A stretch of 64,000 nt of DNA from Chiloscyllium plagiosum (taxonomy: Eukaryota). Shown piece by piece: positions 51,580-64,000 of the stretch (position 1 is the first letter of the stretch; each line of letters starts with the position of its first letter). The notes beneath the pieces were generated by a model that saw only the letters and a program-made list of their open reading frames with translations, ran no database searches and had not been told where the DNA came from. A program made the translations under genes and the position numbers. Location of the stretch: NCBI RefSeq assembly GCF_004010195.1, contig NC_057722.1:43036229-43100228 (forward strand). The letters are read 5' to 3'.

Positions 51580-54500
51580 AATATGTGGCATACACAGGAC
51601 CGTTGGATGTTGCACAATTTGTGTTTCCCTTCGACCAGCATTGGACATTACACATGAGTTTCGCTAAATTGTGCACCACTGCGAGGCACAAGTTCAATTT
51701 GAAAGCACCAAAAGCATGTTGAAAATCACCTTTGACCAGCAAGTGACCCCTAAGCACCCTCAGTCTGCATGCATGACAAATAGGCAAGGGGAATGATTGC
51801 AAAGTAAATGTAGCTAGGGTTTGCAACTGTCTGCTTCATGTCTTTGTTGCTTCAGTGACTTTGTGTCCAGAAAATATGAATCTTGCCCTTTCCACCCAAC
51901 AAATTGAATTTTAATCTGATCACTCTGGACATTGTCCCAGCCATTTTCTGGGAGCACTTTGTATTTAGAGAATAGCAAATGATGGCAGGAATGAACATCA
52001 CAAGAATCAGACCCACCTTATTACCAGTTTTCATGACCATACCAAAGTCTCCAAGTCCCATTTTACCTAATATTACTCCAACAGCCCAGTTTCATCCATT
52101 CCCCCCCACATAGGCATCCACCACATTGAACATCCTCTCCAAATGTCCTCCCCCTTCCTGAACTCCAATGTTACATACTAATGATACCCAAAGTTCTCCT
52201 CTATACTCCCCTTTGGGGGCCGCATATAGATACTTCCACTAACACTCTCCACACTTCCTGTAGCCTGCCATTCCCTTTCATGCTATTTCATATAACCCTC
52301 ACTCATCTTGAGTTTCCTCCATTATGTCCTCACTTCCACATTGACAAATTCCTCTGCTTTACCCCATCAGACCTGAGTCTCCCACCTTGTCTGCTCCCTA
52401 CAGGATCTCAATGATCTCACAGGTGGGTTCAAAGGATGGATAGCGAAAACTGTTAAATGTCTGATTGGCTTGAACCAGCATCCCCTTGACATGACTAACC
52501 AGAACTCTGTGTTTGCAGCTTACTGACTGAAAGCACACAATTCTTTAGAGAGATTATTGATGGTCCTACCGACTGGCTACTGCCCATTCCCTGGACAGAT
52601 TTCTTAGATATGTGTATCCCAATCCATTGTGTGCAGACTGTACCCATGTCTGATGGTACTGAGACACTCCAACCAACAATATCTCCCCCTCAACTGCACT
52701 GAAGACTATCCCTCACCAGTTTCTGATATGGCCATTCAGTTGATGAATTTCCAATCTTCTGGCACATGATGTTGGTATTAGATTGAAGTCTCAGTCTGCT
52801 GTTCATCAAGATTACAGCCCCATGCCATCCACAGACCCTTACTGACAAGCAGCTTGTGGTGTCAGTAATAAAGACCACATTGATGTAACAACTCTAATAT
52901 GACGCATTAACACAATCGCACTAAAAGAATTTGGCTCTGGCTGAAGCACTTATGTGCTAAGAGGAAAAAGGCATGGCATGTCATGGCAATCCAGAACATG
53001 GATGTCACGGGTATGTAGGTTGGGGCTAACCGACCAAGTACTGAGATAATTAGCAAGTGACCCTGAGATACAGTCTGGTTCAATCCCTGAGCTGGCTGCC
53101 AATTCCATTTGTGTAAAGTGTCCGTGCTACAGCCTTTCAATGCCAGGCACCAATGCGACCTGCTCTTGCTGAATGGTTCCAAGTGCAGCAAACTTTGGTT
53201 TAAGCTGCACCTTATCAAATGGCATTCCTGATAAACCAGCAGAAAATATATTCTTCAAATACCACAATGCTCGAATATCTAGAAGAGCCATTTGTGTTCA
53301 GGGTCATGAAAAAAGATAGGACTGAAGGTGTTCTCCATTCACTTCCTGGTCTTTCTCAGCCTGTCTCCTGTGGGTTTCTTGATGAGTTGCTGGGCTTTCC
53401 CCCTTATGTAGGTGCCAGCGGTCCCTCCCTTGGCCGTGAGCAGGGCTGTGTCCATTGGTGGTTCAGCCCACCGCTTGTGGCCAGCACTGAGTGTGAGGGA
53501 GCCGGTGGCTTTGGTCTGCATCAGTGAGCTGCAACTGTGGATGGCCAGCTGCACAAAGTTTTGGTTGCCCTGCATGTAGCAGCCCGTTGCGCAGCAGTGC
53601 CTTCTGGAGGGAGGTGAGCAACAGGCCATCCTGATGTGCTGCTGCCTCTTTGACACTGGGCAGCCAGCTGAGACTTTGTCACAGTCAGCAGGTTGAATTT
53701 ATGCTGTAAGTAAGGTATTACAGTGATACCCCTGCATAATGTTTCTATTACTTACTGTATGTTGTTATATTGATTTTAAGAGGCAGGTGATGTTTTTAAC
53801 ATTTTTTTTAGGGGTGTTGATATCTCAAAGCTTTGCTTGGTCAGGATTTATTGCGATTGTGTACCTCTTGATGATCCAGAATATTTGATCAACTGGCTCA
53901 TTCCTGGTCCCATAGTTACCAGTTAATAAAATGTTTGTGAGGTACCACGACAGTCATGTGATGCTGGTAAAGGCCAGATGTGAATGTCTGTGGATCAAGG
54001 GTACATGCTTATACACTCCAGTAGCTTATGACCCTACTTAGTTGAATTGTGAATGTTTCTGATGATTTTGTCTTTACTACCTTGCATAAAGTTGTCCCTT
54101 TTTTCTACTGTAATGGCTTTGTGTGTGTATAAAGGTGGATTTAGCTTTTCTAAGCTATTTACTACTTTATACATTTTTATAAAGTTAGCTTAGTCGCTAC
54201 ATTCCATAGCTCAACTTATAACAAGGTTCAGCTTTTAAGATCTGCAGTGCACTGCCTCCCAGGTTTAAATATTTCCCTTGTGCCTTTGAACAGTAGAGAT
54301 TTTCTCTGTGCATGAATTGTAGCACACTTAAACTCATTGCTTATGAATACTTTATGGTCTCTATATAGCAAGCACAGCAAATCTTCCCTTGGGTGACCAA
54401 ACGAAGGCACAGTAGACAGAGCTCAGCAGTTGTTCTTCTGTAAAATTAGGACTTGGTTTTAACTTGGAGGCACATCCGATTTGGAGGGAGGTTATTTTAT

Positions 54501-55014
54501 GGTTGGGAAGCCCATTATTCCAACTTTAATGACCTGCAGCTTTTAACAGCTTGACTCCTTTAAAAACAATTCTATCAGATTCTGGTTCATGGGCAGTCTG
54601 GTGCAGGATTGATGAAGTCTGCCAAACACAACAGCAGCTGCAGTCTAGATAGGTAGACAGATAGGGCAAGAGAGAGATCATGAGCACTATCATGATAATG
54701 TTACAGGGAGGGTAAAGCAGAGCAACAGTTCAAATACCATCATGTTAGCTGTTGAAACTTGTATTCTGTAAATGAATAAATCTGGAATCTGAGCTAGTTA
54801 CAGTAATGATGGTAATAAAATGATTGTACTATTGTTAAAACCCCCCTGGTTCATAAATGTCTTTAGGTGAAAGAGATTTGTCACCATTATCTGGTTCAGG
54901 TTACATGTTACTCTAGACCCCCAGAATGTGATTGACTTTTTAATGCCCTCTGTAATGAACAAACAAACCATTCAGCTGTAAGAAACTGCTACAAAGAGGT
55001 CAAAAATAAATAAA

Positions 55015-55184
55015 GCAGGAGAATCGACGTTTCGGGCATGAGCCCTTCTTCAGGAATGGCGTGAAGAAGGGCTCATGCCCGAAACGTCGATTCTCCTGCT
55101 CCTTGGATGCTGTCTGACCTGCTGTGCTTTTCCAGCAACACATTTTCAGCTCTGATCTCCAGCATCTGCAGTCCTCACTTTCTC
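55015..55184. mobile_element. Palindromic PLE pLTR insertion D with 14-bp TSD
   Basis: TSD caaaaataaataaa at 55001-55014 and 55185-55198. A short inverted arm (about 43 bp) precedes the full arm. Confidence 0.92.
55026..55053 (-). ncRNA. Minimal hammerhead ribozyme motif
   Basis: Minus strand CUGAAGA-A-GGGC(UCAU)GCCC-GAAAC-GUC. The plus-strand mirror at 55061-55088 lacks only the first C. Confidence 0.75.
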
Positions 55185-55633
55185 CAAAAATAAATAAAAC
55201 CAAACATAAAACCTGTATTGACCTAGACACTTGAAAAGGACAATGGCACATCTTGTAACAGAGAACTCTGTAAAATCCTCTTCAGTAATATCTGGGGGCT
55301 TGTGTCAAAACTGGGAAAGCTATCATACAAACGAATGAAGTAGCAAACTGATAATAGTCATACTCACCATATCAATCAGTCAACCAGACTCCTCCATCAC
55401 CAGCCTTGGGTTTTTCCTCTCCCACCAGCAGGACACAATCACCAGAAGTGGTCGCACACTGTTATACAGCTGAGTGTGTGTTACCGCTCCTTGACAGCTC
55501 ATAGAATCAAGTCAAATATTAGAAAGAAAATCTCCTGCTGATTACCACCTGCACCCTCCCTAAACTAATAAATCAACACTTCTCCACAATGAACACAAAT
55601 TGAAAGAAGCACTGAAGGTAGCAAAGGTACCTT

Positions 55634-56775
55634 AGATGGGTCAGTTTTTGTCCAATGTATGCATGAGAGTTTCCTGACACAGAATGTAGATAGGTCAGCA
55701 AGAGGTGAGGCCACATTGTAAAGGATCGTGAACTGGGCCAGGCTTTAGATTTGGAGGTAGGTGAGCATTTTGGTGATAGTGACCCCAATTTGGTTATATT
55801 TACTCTAGTGATGGAAAGGGATAGGTATACACCACTTGACAAGAGTTATATCTGGGGGAAAGGCAACAATGATGTGATTAGACAAGATTTAGGATGCTTA
55901 GGATGGGGAAGGAAATTGCAGGGGATGGGTGCAATTGAAATGTGGAGCTTGTTCAAGGAACAACTACTACATGTCCTTGATAAGTATGTTCCTGTCAGGC
56001 AGGAAGTGATAGAGCGAGACTGCCGTGGTTTACTAAAGAAGTTGAATCTCTTGTCAAGAGGAAGAAGGAGGCTTATGTAAAGATGAAGCGTGAAGGCTCA
56101 GTTAGGGCGCTTGAGAGTTACAAGTTAGCCAGGAAGGACCCAAAAGAGAGAGCTAAGAAGAGCCAGGAGGGGACACGAGAACTCTTTGGCAGGTAGGATC
56201 AAGTAAAATGCTAAAGCTTTCTGTCGGTATGTCAGGAATAAAGGTATAACTGGAGTAAGGGTAGGGCCTGTCAAGGACTGTAGTGGGAAGTTGCGCATGG
56301 AGTCTGAAAAGATAAGAGGTGCTAAATGAATATTTTTTTAGTGTTCACACAGGAAAAAACAATGTTGTCAAGGAGAATACTGAGATACAGGCTATTTGAC
56401 TAATTGGGATTGAGGTGTCCCAATTTGCAAATGGCACTAAGGTCAATGAAGTTGTGGACAGTGTTGAAGGATGTTGCAAGTTACAGCGAGACACAGATAA
56501 GCTACTGAACTGGGCTGAGAGGTGGTCAATGGAGTTTAATGCGAAAAAGTGTGAGGTGAAAAGTGGAAGGAATAACTGGAGTACAGAATACTGGGCTAAT
56601 GGTAAGAGTCTTAGCAGTGTGGATGAGCAGAGAGATCTCAGTGTCCATGTGCATAGATCCCTGAAAGTTGCCTCCCAAGTTGATAGGGTTGTTAGGGCAT
56701 AGTGTAGATTTAGTGTGCCATTAGCAGTACAGACTTAATAGACTGAAGGCCCTCTTCCTTACTCTATGATTCTGC
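55634..56775 (+). mobile_element. Internally deleted CR1 nested in LINE-B
   Basis: APE end VGEHFGDSD, linker, then a jump to SQFANGTKV...WSMEFNAKKCEV and a 3' tail ending ctctatgattct. Confidence 0.85.
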
Positions 56776-57362
56776 ATATGACTGTTAGGCAACTTTGCTG
56801 CATAATCTTTGTGGAGATGAGTCTCATTTTCACTCTGAGAATACTCTTCATTATGATATGTGGCACCACCACCATGCTCAATAGGATAGCTTCAAAACAG
56901 ATGTGGTAGCACAAAATTGTATATCCATGAGGTGCTGGGGACCATCAAAACCAGCAGATTTATATTCAACCAAAATCTGTAATGTTATGACCCAGCAAAT
57001 ACCCCAGTTTGGTATTACCATCAAGTGAGAGAATCACCACAAGTTCCATGAAGAGTGCAGGTGAAAATATCAAGAATAGCAGTAGACATATCTAAAATGA
57101 AGTCTTAACGTCTTAATGCTATAACACTACATGCATGCCACACAGAAGAAGTAACATTTTAAAGCCAAACTAAACAATCCCACAATCAATGGATTGGAGC
57201 AAAGCTCTGTAGCACTGCAACATCTAGTCATAACTGGATGACAATTAAAAACTAACCACATGAAAATCTACAAGTATTCCCAATTCTCAAATGATAGGGG
57301 AACCAGGCACTCCAAAGACAATATTGAAGCATTTGCAATTGTCTTCAGCCATATCAATTTTC

Positions 57363-57652
57363 TGTACATTAGTACATGTAGCAGATAGCACAGATAGTCT
57401 GATTTGTCTTGAGTCAGATGTCATCAAGTTTATTTACAAGTCTGCACTATTATAGGCTTACACACATAATTAGATGGCATGCTTACTGATGTTGCTGTCC
57501 CATACACATAATGACTGCACTTACCCCATTGCAAAGAGAGACAGATGGAAGGTAAGGTGGGTATCTTCATATTGGAATGTCACATGTCATGAGGTCATTC
57601 AACATTCTTAAAAGGGACAGGCCTGTTTTGGAATCTGTGACATAACACAACA
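57363..57652 (-). mobile_element. Possible short solo LTR nested in LINE-B
   Basis: About 290 bp of unrelated sequence interrupts LINE-B and is bounded by TGT...ACA. Minus-strand AATAAA lies at 57428-57433. No TSD seen. Confidence 0.4.
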
Positions 57653-59949
57653 TGTGTTAAGTAGGTGATCCATTTCATCCTCCTCCTGAAGTTCAAGATA
57701 TTATAGTGTTGATCTTCAGCCACTGCAATTCATTCCATGTGAGATCACGATAATGTTGAATATATCGAATATGGCAAAGTTTGAGTTCTGACAACATTCC
57801 AGTTACAGAAGACTTGTGCTCCAAAATAATACTTGACCTGAATAGACTTCTTTCAATATAGCTCCAACTCTGTTATCTATTGGGCAATGTGGAAAACTAA
57901 GCAGGTAAGTCCTTTCATAACAATGCAGTACAAATCAAATGTGACCAATTACAGTTCCAACTCATAAATAATCAATAAAGAAATGGCAAATGTCATTGAC
58001 AATGATATCAACAACACTTATCCAGCACAAGTTTTGGTCTAAACATGGACAGAAGAACCTCAAGGAGGTAAAGTGAAAATGACTACTCTTGACCTCAAAT
58101 CCACATTTGCCCAACTGGCATCAGGAGGTCTAGAAAAAACTTGAATTATTTTGGACTAGGAAGAAAAGTGGAGTCATACCCAGGACAAGGAAGGATGTTC
58201 CTTTTGGGGCTGAGGCTTTATGGCAGAACATCCTCAGCAGACAGTTCTACGCCCAATCATCTTGGGCTACTTCACCAATGGTCTTCTCTCTGTCAAATAG
58301 TCAGAATTGTGGATGCTCATTAATGATTTCACTGCATTCATTAGCAGTCAGAGTTCCTCAAAAAATGAAGCAGTCCATGTCCATGTGCAGGAAGACCTGG
58401 GTAATATTCAGGCTTGGGTATTAGGTAGCAAGTAGCATGAGTCACACCGGAGTAAGGCAATGATTGAGTTCTGCTGCAATAACCCATCTCCTGAGTCACC
58501 AAAGCATGTCCGCCATCTGCAAGGCATAAATATGGAACATTCTCCTCTTGGCAGAATAAGTACAACAGTCCAACAAATCTCAACACCAATCTGGGACAAT
58601 GCAGCCTATCTGAATGGCACACTACCTACCACTGCTACACAGTGACAGCAGTGTGTACTATCTACAAACAAGCTGGTCCAACAGGTGACTCCTGGACTAC
58701 AATGTGCCTGCCAAGAGCTCACATCCAGTCTGTGACCCATTTTTCAAATACAGGTCAGTACATGGGAGATTTAAAGGAATATTCCTCCAAGCAAAGGCCA
58801 TTTCTCTCATTTGCAGTGAGCTGACTAGAAGAGAAATTGCTTCTGATCAGAGGTCCAGTGAGCTATGAGGCTATTTCTATCTTCACTGAGCCAGAGACCT
58901 GGACATTGGAAGCATCGGTGAGTCTGCAGAGATTGCAAAGTCTATGTTGATGAGGGAACCAGGCTGGGGTTGGTGAGTGGGTCAGTAGTCCATTGTATAA
59001 GCAAACCACAGACTGAATTAACAAAATTATTAAGGGAAGGGAGAGAATTAGAGAGATTGTGAGTGCGTCTCTATGTGGCAGGGAGTGAGAATGAAACTAT
59101 GTGTTTGTTGGAAGAGTGGAGTGAGAAGAGAAGTGTGCATGTAAATATGGGGAGGAATGAGGAAGTGAGAGTGTATATGAACACAATTAAGGGAGATAGA
59201 ACACATATACCTTTCCAGAAAGCAGGCCAAGAACTGAAGCAAACTCACTTTGAAAGGTAACCTTCTGTTGACATCCAGTTTCATCTGAATTTCACTAAGC
59301 CCACCTTGGAGTGTTCACCACCGGGATAAAAAATATTTTAGCAATTAGTTCTAATGCATTGTAATTTCTAAAATAAAAGTTTTCATCAATGACTCATTTA
59401 TTAAATTATTAATTTATTGCTTTGGAATTCTTTTTGTTCTCTAAAATCCATGTTTACTGTTGGATCAAACCTTATCCTTGTGATATTTGAGTATTGTTGA
59501 AGAAAGGCACATTTTCTCAGATTTTTGTGTTGTACTCATCAGGACATTCATCATTATCTGGCTCATTTTCCAATCCCATCAGAGTCAACCTTTCTGTTTT
59601 AAATTTAAACAAAGCTCAGCTGTTAACTGTCCATCATCATCTAACTGGTAATTCCTTGTACTAATCAGAATAAACCTGCCAACCAATCATTACTCTCTTT
59701 TAACTCAATAACAATTTTCCACTTTATTAGTATTCTTATGACTGTTCTGATTTGTAAAAGACAAAGCCCTTTGCCAAATCAGATCTTTTCTCAACAATAC
59801 TTAAGTTTTGTCCTACAATTCCCCCCCTCCCCCCCCCCTCCCTTATTTGAGAGGAAAACTGAGATCTGTCTTCCAATGGAAAAGGTTGGGCAAACTCAAT
59901 CTATTATAAGGTTAACTTGAATGAAAGAAACTGTTGCTTTGTAATCTAT

Positions 59950-60320
59950 TAGAGTCATAGAGATGTACAGCATGGAAACAGATCCTTCAGTCCAACCCGT
60001 CCATGCCAACCAGCTATCCCAACCCAATCTAGTCCCACCTGCCAGCACCCGGCCCATATCCGTCCAAATCCTTCCTATTCATATACCCGTCCAAATGCTT
60101 TTTAAATGTTGCAATTGTACCATCCTCCACCACTTCCTCTGGCAGCTCATTCCATACATGTACCACCTTCTGTGTGAAAAAGTTGCCCCTTAGGTCTGTT
60201 TTATATCTTTCCCTTCTCAACCTAAACCTATGCCCTGTAGTTCTAAATTTTCTGATGCCAGGAAAAAGACTTTGTCTATTTATCCTATCCATGCCCCTTA
60301 TAATTTTGTAAACCTCTATA
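59950..60320 (-). mobile_element. CR1 3' end
   Basis: GHRFRLRRERYKTDLRGNFFTQKVVHVWNELP plus 3' UTR. Confidence 0.93.
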
Positions 60321-60626
60321 ATTCATGGGATGAGGGTGTTAGTGGCTAGGCCCTTCTCTAAATGCCTAGAGGGTAGTTAAACGTTAATCACATTGCTGTG
60401 ATTCTGGAGTCACATGTAGGCCAGACCAGGTGAGGATGGCAGTTTCCGTCCCTAAAGGGCATTAGTGGCCCAGATGGGTTTTTCCTGACAATGATCATCA
60501 TTGAACTGTTAATTCCAGGTTTTCCTTGAATTCAAACTCGTTGGAATTTGAACTCAGGTCCTGAGAATACTGCCTGGGTCTCTGGATTAACAGTCCAGTG
60601 ATAATACATTGGACCATTGCCTCCCT
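60321..60626 (-). mobile_element. Deu-domain (SacSINE1-like) SINE
   Basis: Full collinear match to 41690-42016. Confidence 0.85.
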
Positions 60627-60844
60627 GAGCTGCAGCAAGAGGAACAGGGTGACCTGGCGAATGCAATTGAGAAGCTAAATGTCAAGGCTGTAAGTTTTAA
60701 AACATAACAATTATTCCAATTCCCAAGACACCTCCTATTTTATACCACAATGTAATCACAAGGAGTAAATTGAATGATTTAATGATTACAATTTTTTTTT
60801 AAAGCAAGTCTTCCTTATAAATAAAAAATAAAGAATAGGCAGAG

Positions 60845-61031
60845 GACATTTGATCGGTCATGTCTGGCTGTATATGAAAACTATAGGAAAGATGTGGTGA
60901 AACTTGAAAGGATTCAGAAAAGATTTGGAAGGATGTTGTCGAAGTTGGAGGGTTTGAGCTACAGGGAGAGGCTGAATAGGCTAGTTGGGTCACAGAGTCT
61001 GTTTCCACGCTGTACATCTCTATGACTCTAT
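60845..61031 (+). mobile_element. Short internally deleted CR1 3' fragment
   Basis: YRKDVVKLERIQKR..., then the terminal 3' UTR ...tctctatgactcta. Confidence 0.8.
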
Positions 61032-62806
61032 AACAACTCAACTAGACTTTTGCACGTATACATCTAGATTCTTCTGCTTTTTTACATTTTTTTTTCTGAT
61101 TTTCCCATCAAAATGTATCCATTTACATTTTTCCCATTTTTGCATTGCTTGATGCAAAGAAATGAATAGCTCCAAATCCTTCAATTATGAAGGTTTTTAA
61201 TCTCAAATCGCACATATTTCAAAACATTATTGGAATCATTAATGTGACATTATTCACATTAAGTGTCCTACCAGCCTGAAGTACCTGGAGTAAATAGAAA
61301 TGAACTGCAATAAATGCCTAGATTATTTACTGCTGAAATTGCAACAAAAGGTGAAGAAACTGAACAGGCCTGCTTAAATATATTTATTTGATTTTCCTAT
61401 TTATTAGCACTTTCATATTAATTTGATTTTACTCATACAAATAACCACTGGCCACAGGTGAATCTTTCAGCTAAAAGTTTGAGTAGTTTATCAACTTTGG
61501 CTCTAAGTAGCAGCTCACATAACCTGACACCACTTGTCCTGTCACTGATGCTGTATAATCTGATGGGAAACATCGTAAGTAACAAAATCCTTATGACCTA
61601 ACAATGAAATACAAGCTCTGAGCATTGAATTACCTATTCTCTGCTTTCCTACCTCATCTTCCTATGATACTTTTTATCCAAAACTTTGACTGTAATTTTG
61701 CTGTTCTTCCTTTTCTTTTGACACCAGCAAATGTTCTATGCCACAAACGATGACAGCTCCAGGTATACATGAGACCACAAAAGCTGTGTTTGTTTGATAA
61801 ATGAAATTCAACCTTTTGCTGGACCAGAATGAATGTTGAGCTGCTATCTGGCCAAATGCAGATGTCTGTTGTTCAAATTATACATCATTAATCCAGGAAA
61901 TAGATAGTCATCATTGTGGTGCAAGGATTTCTCTTTTCTAATTAATCTTTAATTGCCTAACAGCTTATAATACCCCCTCAAATAGCTGAGAAGTGAAAGA
62001 AGATGTATTTTTAATTGACAATTATCATCTAGCGATATGTCTGGAGCAGGAGAATCATGTTAGTAATAATGCATCATTTAAATAAGATTCAAGCAAACCA
62101 TATGCCAGTTTTCAAAACAAAGAAGTCTAGCATATTTCTACCTGACATGATCATTCTCGTGAATACAGTATAGTGATTACTAAATGTGATGCAAAATGGT
62201 CTGTTTCTTCATACTTGAAATTTTGAGATCAGGAAGAGCAATTTAATGTAAATTTTCTGGCTTGTAAGAATGTTTCCACTATGGGAAATGTACATGTGAA
62301 ATGTACAGGTGGAACCAAGGAAATGAATCAGAATCTCTTTCTCCCAATCACAGACCAATTAGTGCAGAGGACAATCTGCTGGCTAGCTTAGAGTTTATTT
62401 ATTATATTAACCTTTGCAATATTTTTTCCCTTTGCCAGAATCTTTGGGTTTTTTTTTAAGAAATCTTGGTATGATAGCAGAGTGAGAATGTGAGGGCAAT
62501 GCAAAACTAGCTGAAGGTTATCTGCAATATCACTAGAAAGTTAACCATAAACATGTAGTTTGTAAAACTTTAGAATAGAAATTACTGAAAAATGTATTCA
62601 CTGTGAAAAAGCTGTCTAGTATGGCAATCTTCAAAGGAGCTTCAGTCAAAACTAGGTAAGTCCATTATTTTATTCACTCCAACGAGATTTTTGACCACCA
62701 CACTAATAAAGTAGCTTAAAACAAAGGCAAGAGTGGCATTATCTCCCCCTTTCCTACCCCCCCCAACCATAGGACCAATTCTTGTGCTAATGAACGGACA
62801 TTTTAT

Positions 62807-63705
62807 ATTTGAATTTGAATGATTTATTGTCACTTGCATTTTACAGTGAATAACACAGTACAGTGCAGTGAAAAGTTTCAACTGTCTCCATTTTGAATAG
62901 CTGAAGAATAAATAGAGTAAAAAGATACACTCTCTTTCATTTATCGTTGCTCCATTGTCTCAACCATGAGTCCTGAGTTGGCTCACCAGCAACACGACAC
63001 CTGCACCGTCACTCCTCATCCACCATCTCACTGCCATCTACGCCGGACCCAACATAATAGCAGTCACCAATGTTTAGGTGCCATCTCTTTGCAGCTGGGC
63101 CCACCTTGCTGACACCACCACCCAGTCTCATACTGAACCCACGTGCATCCCACAATCAGGAGCTCCCACTCTGGGCCTATCTTGCTGCCGCCACTGCAAC
63201 TGCTGCTCCATTAAAGTCAGTAGTCCCTGCTCTGGCCTACCACAATCAGGAGTCCCTATCTCCATTTCTGCCTCAATGATGCCAGGAATTCCTGCTCTGG
63301 GCCTACCATAACCAGGAGTCCCTGGCTTCACCGCCAGTCCAGGCAGCAGCCTTGCCAGAGTAACACTCCAGCCTTCCTCCTCTAAGATGTCACCATACCG
63401 GTGCCACCATTTTGAAGAATCCACTGCCACCACCTCCAATTGCTGGAGGAGTTTTGCCACTACAGCCACCAGCCCCGAGGAGGTGCTACGTTCGCCACTG
63501 TCTCCAACCACCAAGAGGCGGCTGGCACTCTACACACAGCCCACTCTTGCTGCCATATTGATGCTGCCGAATAACCCACCAAAGAAAAGAGAAACAAAAA
63601 AAAGAGAGCAGAAATAAAAAGAAAAATACTAAAGAAAGCAGATAGGAGCAGATGAGCCCCAGATAAGAGGCTGCACACAGTCCTGCTACCCCGCCGCCAT
63701 CTTGG
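62807..63705 (-). mobile_element. Non-autonomous retroelement with a CCAAGATGGCGGC 5' end, GC-rich subrepeats and a TGACAATAAA-(TTCAAA)n tail (Rex1/Babar-like ends)
   Basis: gccgccatcttgg at 63693-63705, repeated cacaatcaggag/ctctgg(g)ccta units at 63150-63325 and atttgaatttgaatgatttattgtca at 62807-62832. No RT ORF. Confidence 0.5.
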
Positions 63706-64000
63706 ACATATATTGTCCTACATTGCATTCTGACTCACACACAAATTGACTTGCAAATGGACTCAGGAACATATGCCATTTTCAACCTGAGAACTGCCTA
63801 TATGTTATTTATTTCAGCATCTACTATTATCACATCTGTCTGAAAAACTGTGGGATACTTTTCATCAAAGATGCTGTATAAACAAAAATTGTAAATGTTG
63901 TCATTGCTTCTCTGCAAGCCATAAAGTTCTACAAGACAAGGCAAATAAGAATAATTGGCCTGATCAGTTTTAAAAAAAGAAATAAGAAATGTTGGTTGTG

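Larger units (their letters stand above)
54700..58670 (+). mobile_element. Old LINE-B copy with tRNA/Deu-like head and several nested insertions
   Basis: SINE-like head and body 54720-54955, APE start (aatatctgggggcttgtgtcaaaactggga, 55288-55317), RT remnants 57780-58420 and AVCTIYK at about 58650. Confidence 0.8.

Noticed and set aside
4801-55251. Recurrent ORFs such as MPETSILLFLGCCLTCC... and ...KRRFSCSLDAA as a small-protein family
   Set aside because: They are incidental translations of the non-coding PLE pLTR in several frames.
1-64000. CRISPR array, retron or other prokaryotic system
   Set aside because: The sequence is vertebrate, with no regularly spaced repeats or operon-like ORFs. 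All RT motifs belong to non-LTR retrotransposons.

Overview
This is AT-rich, repeat-dense vertebrate genomic DNA. It is almost certainly from an elasmobranch (shark), inferred from HE1-type V-SINEs, Deu-domain SacSINE1-like SINEs and shark-type CR1 LINEs. I recognise no host protein-coding gene, so the window looks like a large intron or gene desert, and nearly all protein-like ORFs are transposon debris. Contents: many CR1 fragments (one retaining its 5' UTR, esterase ORF1, APE and RT), three long copies of a second LINE family, seven HE1-like SINEs, Penelope-like element (PLE) fragments, a decayed Harbinger transposase, LTR-like inserts and a 206-N gap. Three observations stand out. (1) Four independent 170-220 bp palindromic PLE-derived insertions each have a 14-15 bp target-site duplication (TSD) and fold back at a minimal hammerhead-ribozyme motif. 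(2) One LINE family begins with the tRNA-like/Deu-SINE head running straight into the APE-RT ORF, and the local SINE looks like its internal-deletion derivative. (3) A perfect 145-bp inverted duplication lies inside an otherwise decayed LINE. Family names come from recalled motifs, not database searches, and the boundaries of old repeats are approximate.
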